Source of the DNA: Laetmonice hystrix
Taxonomy: Eukaryota
DNA: 64,000 nucleotides
Direction: 5' to 3'
Assembly (NCBI GenBank): GCA_965235115.1
Contig: OZ249436.1
Coordinates: forward strand, 50,718,001-50,782,000
The notes beneath the pieces are model-generated. The model was not told the DNA's origin, did no database searches, and saw nothing but the letters and a program-made list of their open reading frames with translations. Both the position numbers and the translations under genes were made by a program. Each line of letters starts with the position of its first letter. Within the stretch, counting starts at the first letter, position 1. Positions 63,507 to 64,000 of the stretch are shown here, one piece after another.

Positions 63507-64000
63507 GATATGTGAGTGCGGTATACTATCAGTGTTGTATTATCTCAGCTGTAGGATATGTGAGTGCGGTATACTATCAGTGTTGTATTATCTCAGCTGT
63601 AGGATATGTCAGTGCGGTATACTATCAGTGTTGTATTATCTCAGCTGTAGGATATGTGAGTGCGGTATACTATCAGTGTTGTATTATCTCAGCTGTAGGA
63701 TATGTGAGTGCGGTATACTATCAGTGTTGTATAATCTCAACCGTAGGATATGTGAGTGCGGTATACTATCAGTGTTGTATTATGTCAGCTGTAGGACATG
63801 TGAGTACGGTATACTATCAGTGTTGTATTATCTCAGCTGTAGGATGAGTGCGGTATACTATCAGTGTTGTATTATCCCAGCCGTAGGATATGTGAGTGCG
63901 GTATACTATCAGTGTTGTATTATGTCAGCCGTAGGATATGTGAGTACGGTATACTATCAGTGTTGTACTATCTCAGCTGTAGGATGAGTGCGGTATACTA
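63507..64000. repeat. Minisatellite, 48-bp unit, 10 or more copies, runs off the window end
   Basis: Unit gatatgtgagtgcggtatactatcagtgttgtattatctcagctgtag. Confidence 0.95.

Noticed and set aside
63160..63987. Cys-rich 275-aa ORF resembling zinc fingers (CRICECG repeats)
   Set aside because: It is the 48-bp minisatellite translated. It lacks His ligands and shifts frame within the array.

Overview
Intron-rich animal genomic DNA, probably a marine invertebrate (inferred from gene content and repeat style), not prokaryotic. Four spliced protein-coding genes can be reconstructed by hand. (1) A complete 14-coding-exon cytosolic ALDH1A-type aldehyde dehydrogenase (+, 13926-25320, 497 aa, one GC-AG intron). 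(2) A trypsin-type serine protease with two TSP1-like repeats (-, ~42420-30118). (3) A group XII secreted phospholipase A2 (-, 57372-48434, 186 aa). (4) A divergent synaptotagmin-like TM-C2A-C2B protein (-, 61131-59063). Most long ORFs in the supplied track are artefacts of 13 unrelated minisatellite arrays (35-94 bp units, roughly 11-12 kb in total). There are also many short non-autonomous DNA transposons (MITEs) and one tRNA-derived element between 82-bp direct repeats. The most unusual observations are these. (a) Three ALDH splice sites (two donors, one acceptor) have each been amplified into tandem arrays of decoy sites, and use of a decoy gives a stop or frameshift. (b) The octamer TAGGCCTA is about 20-fold over-represented, and two tandem arrays show it replacing a plain TA, which suggests a transposon excision footprint. 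(c) Two different CAG...CTG MITEs share the same 5-bp target duplication. (d) A 60-bp array ends in a fold-back inversion.
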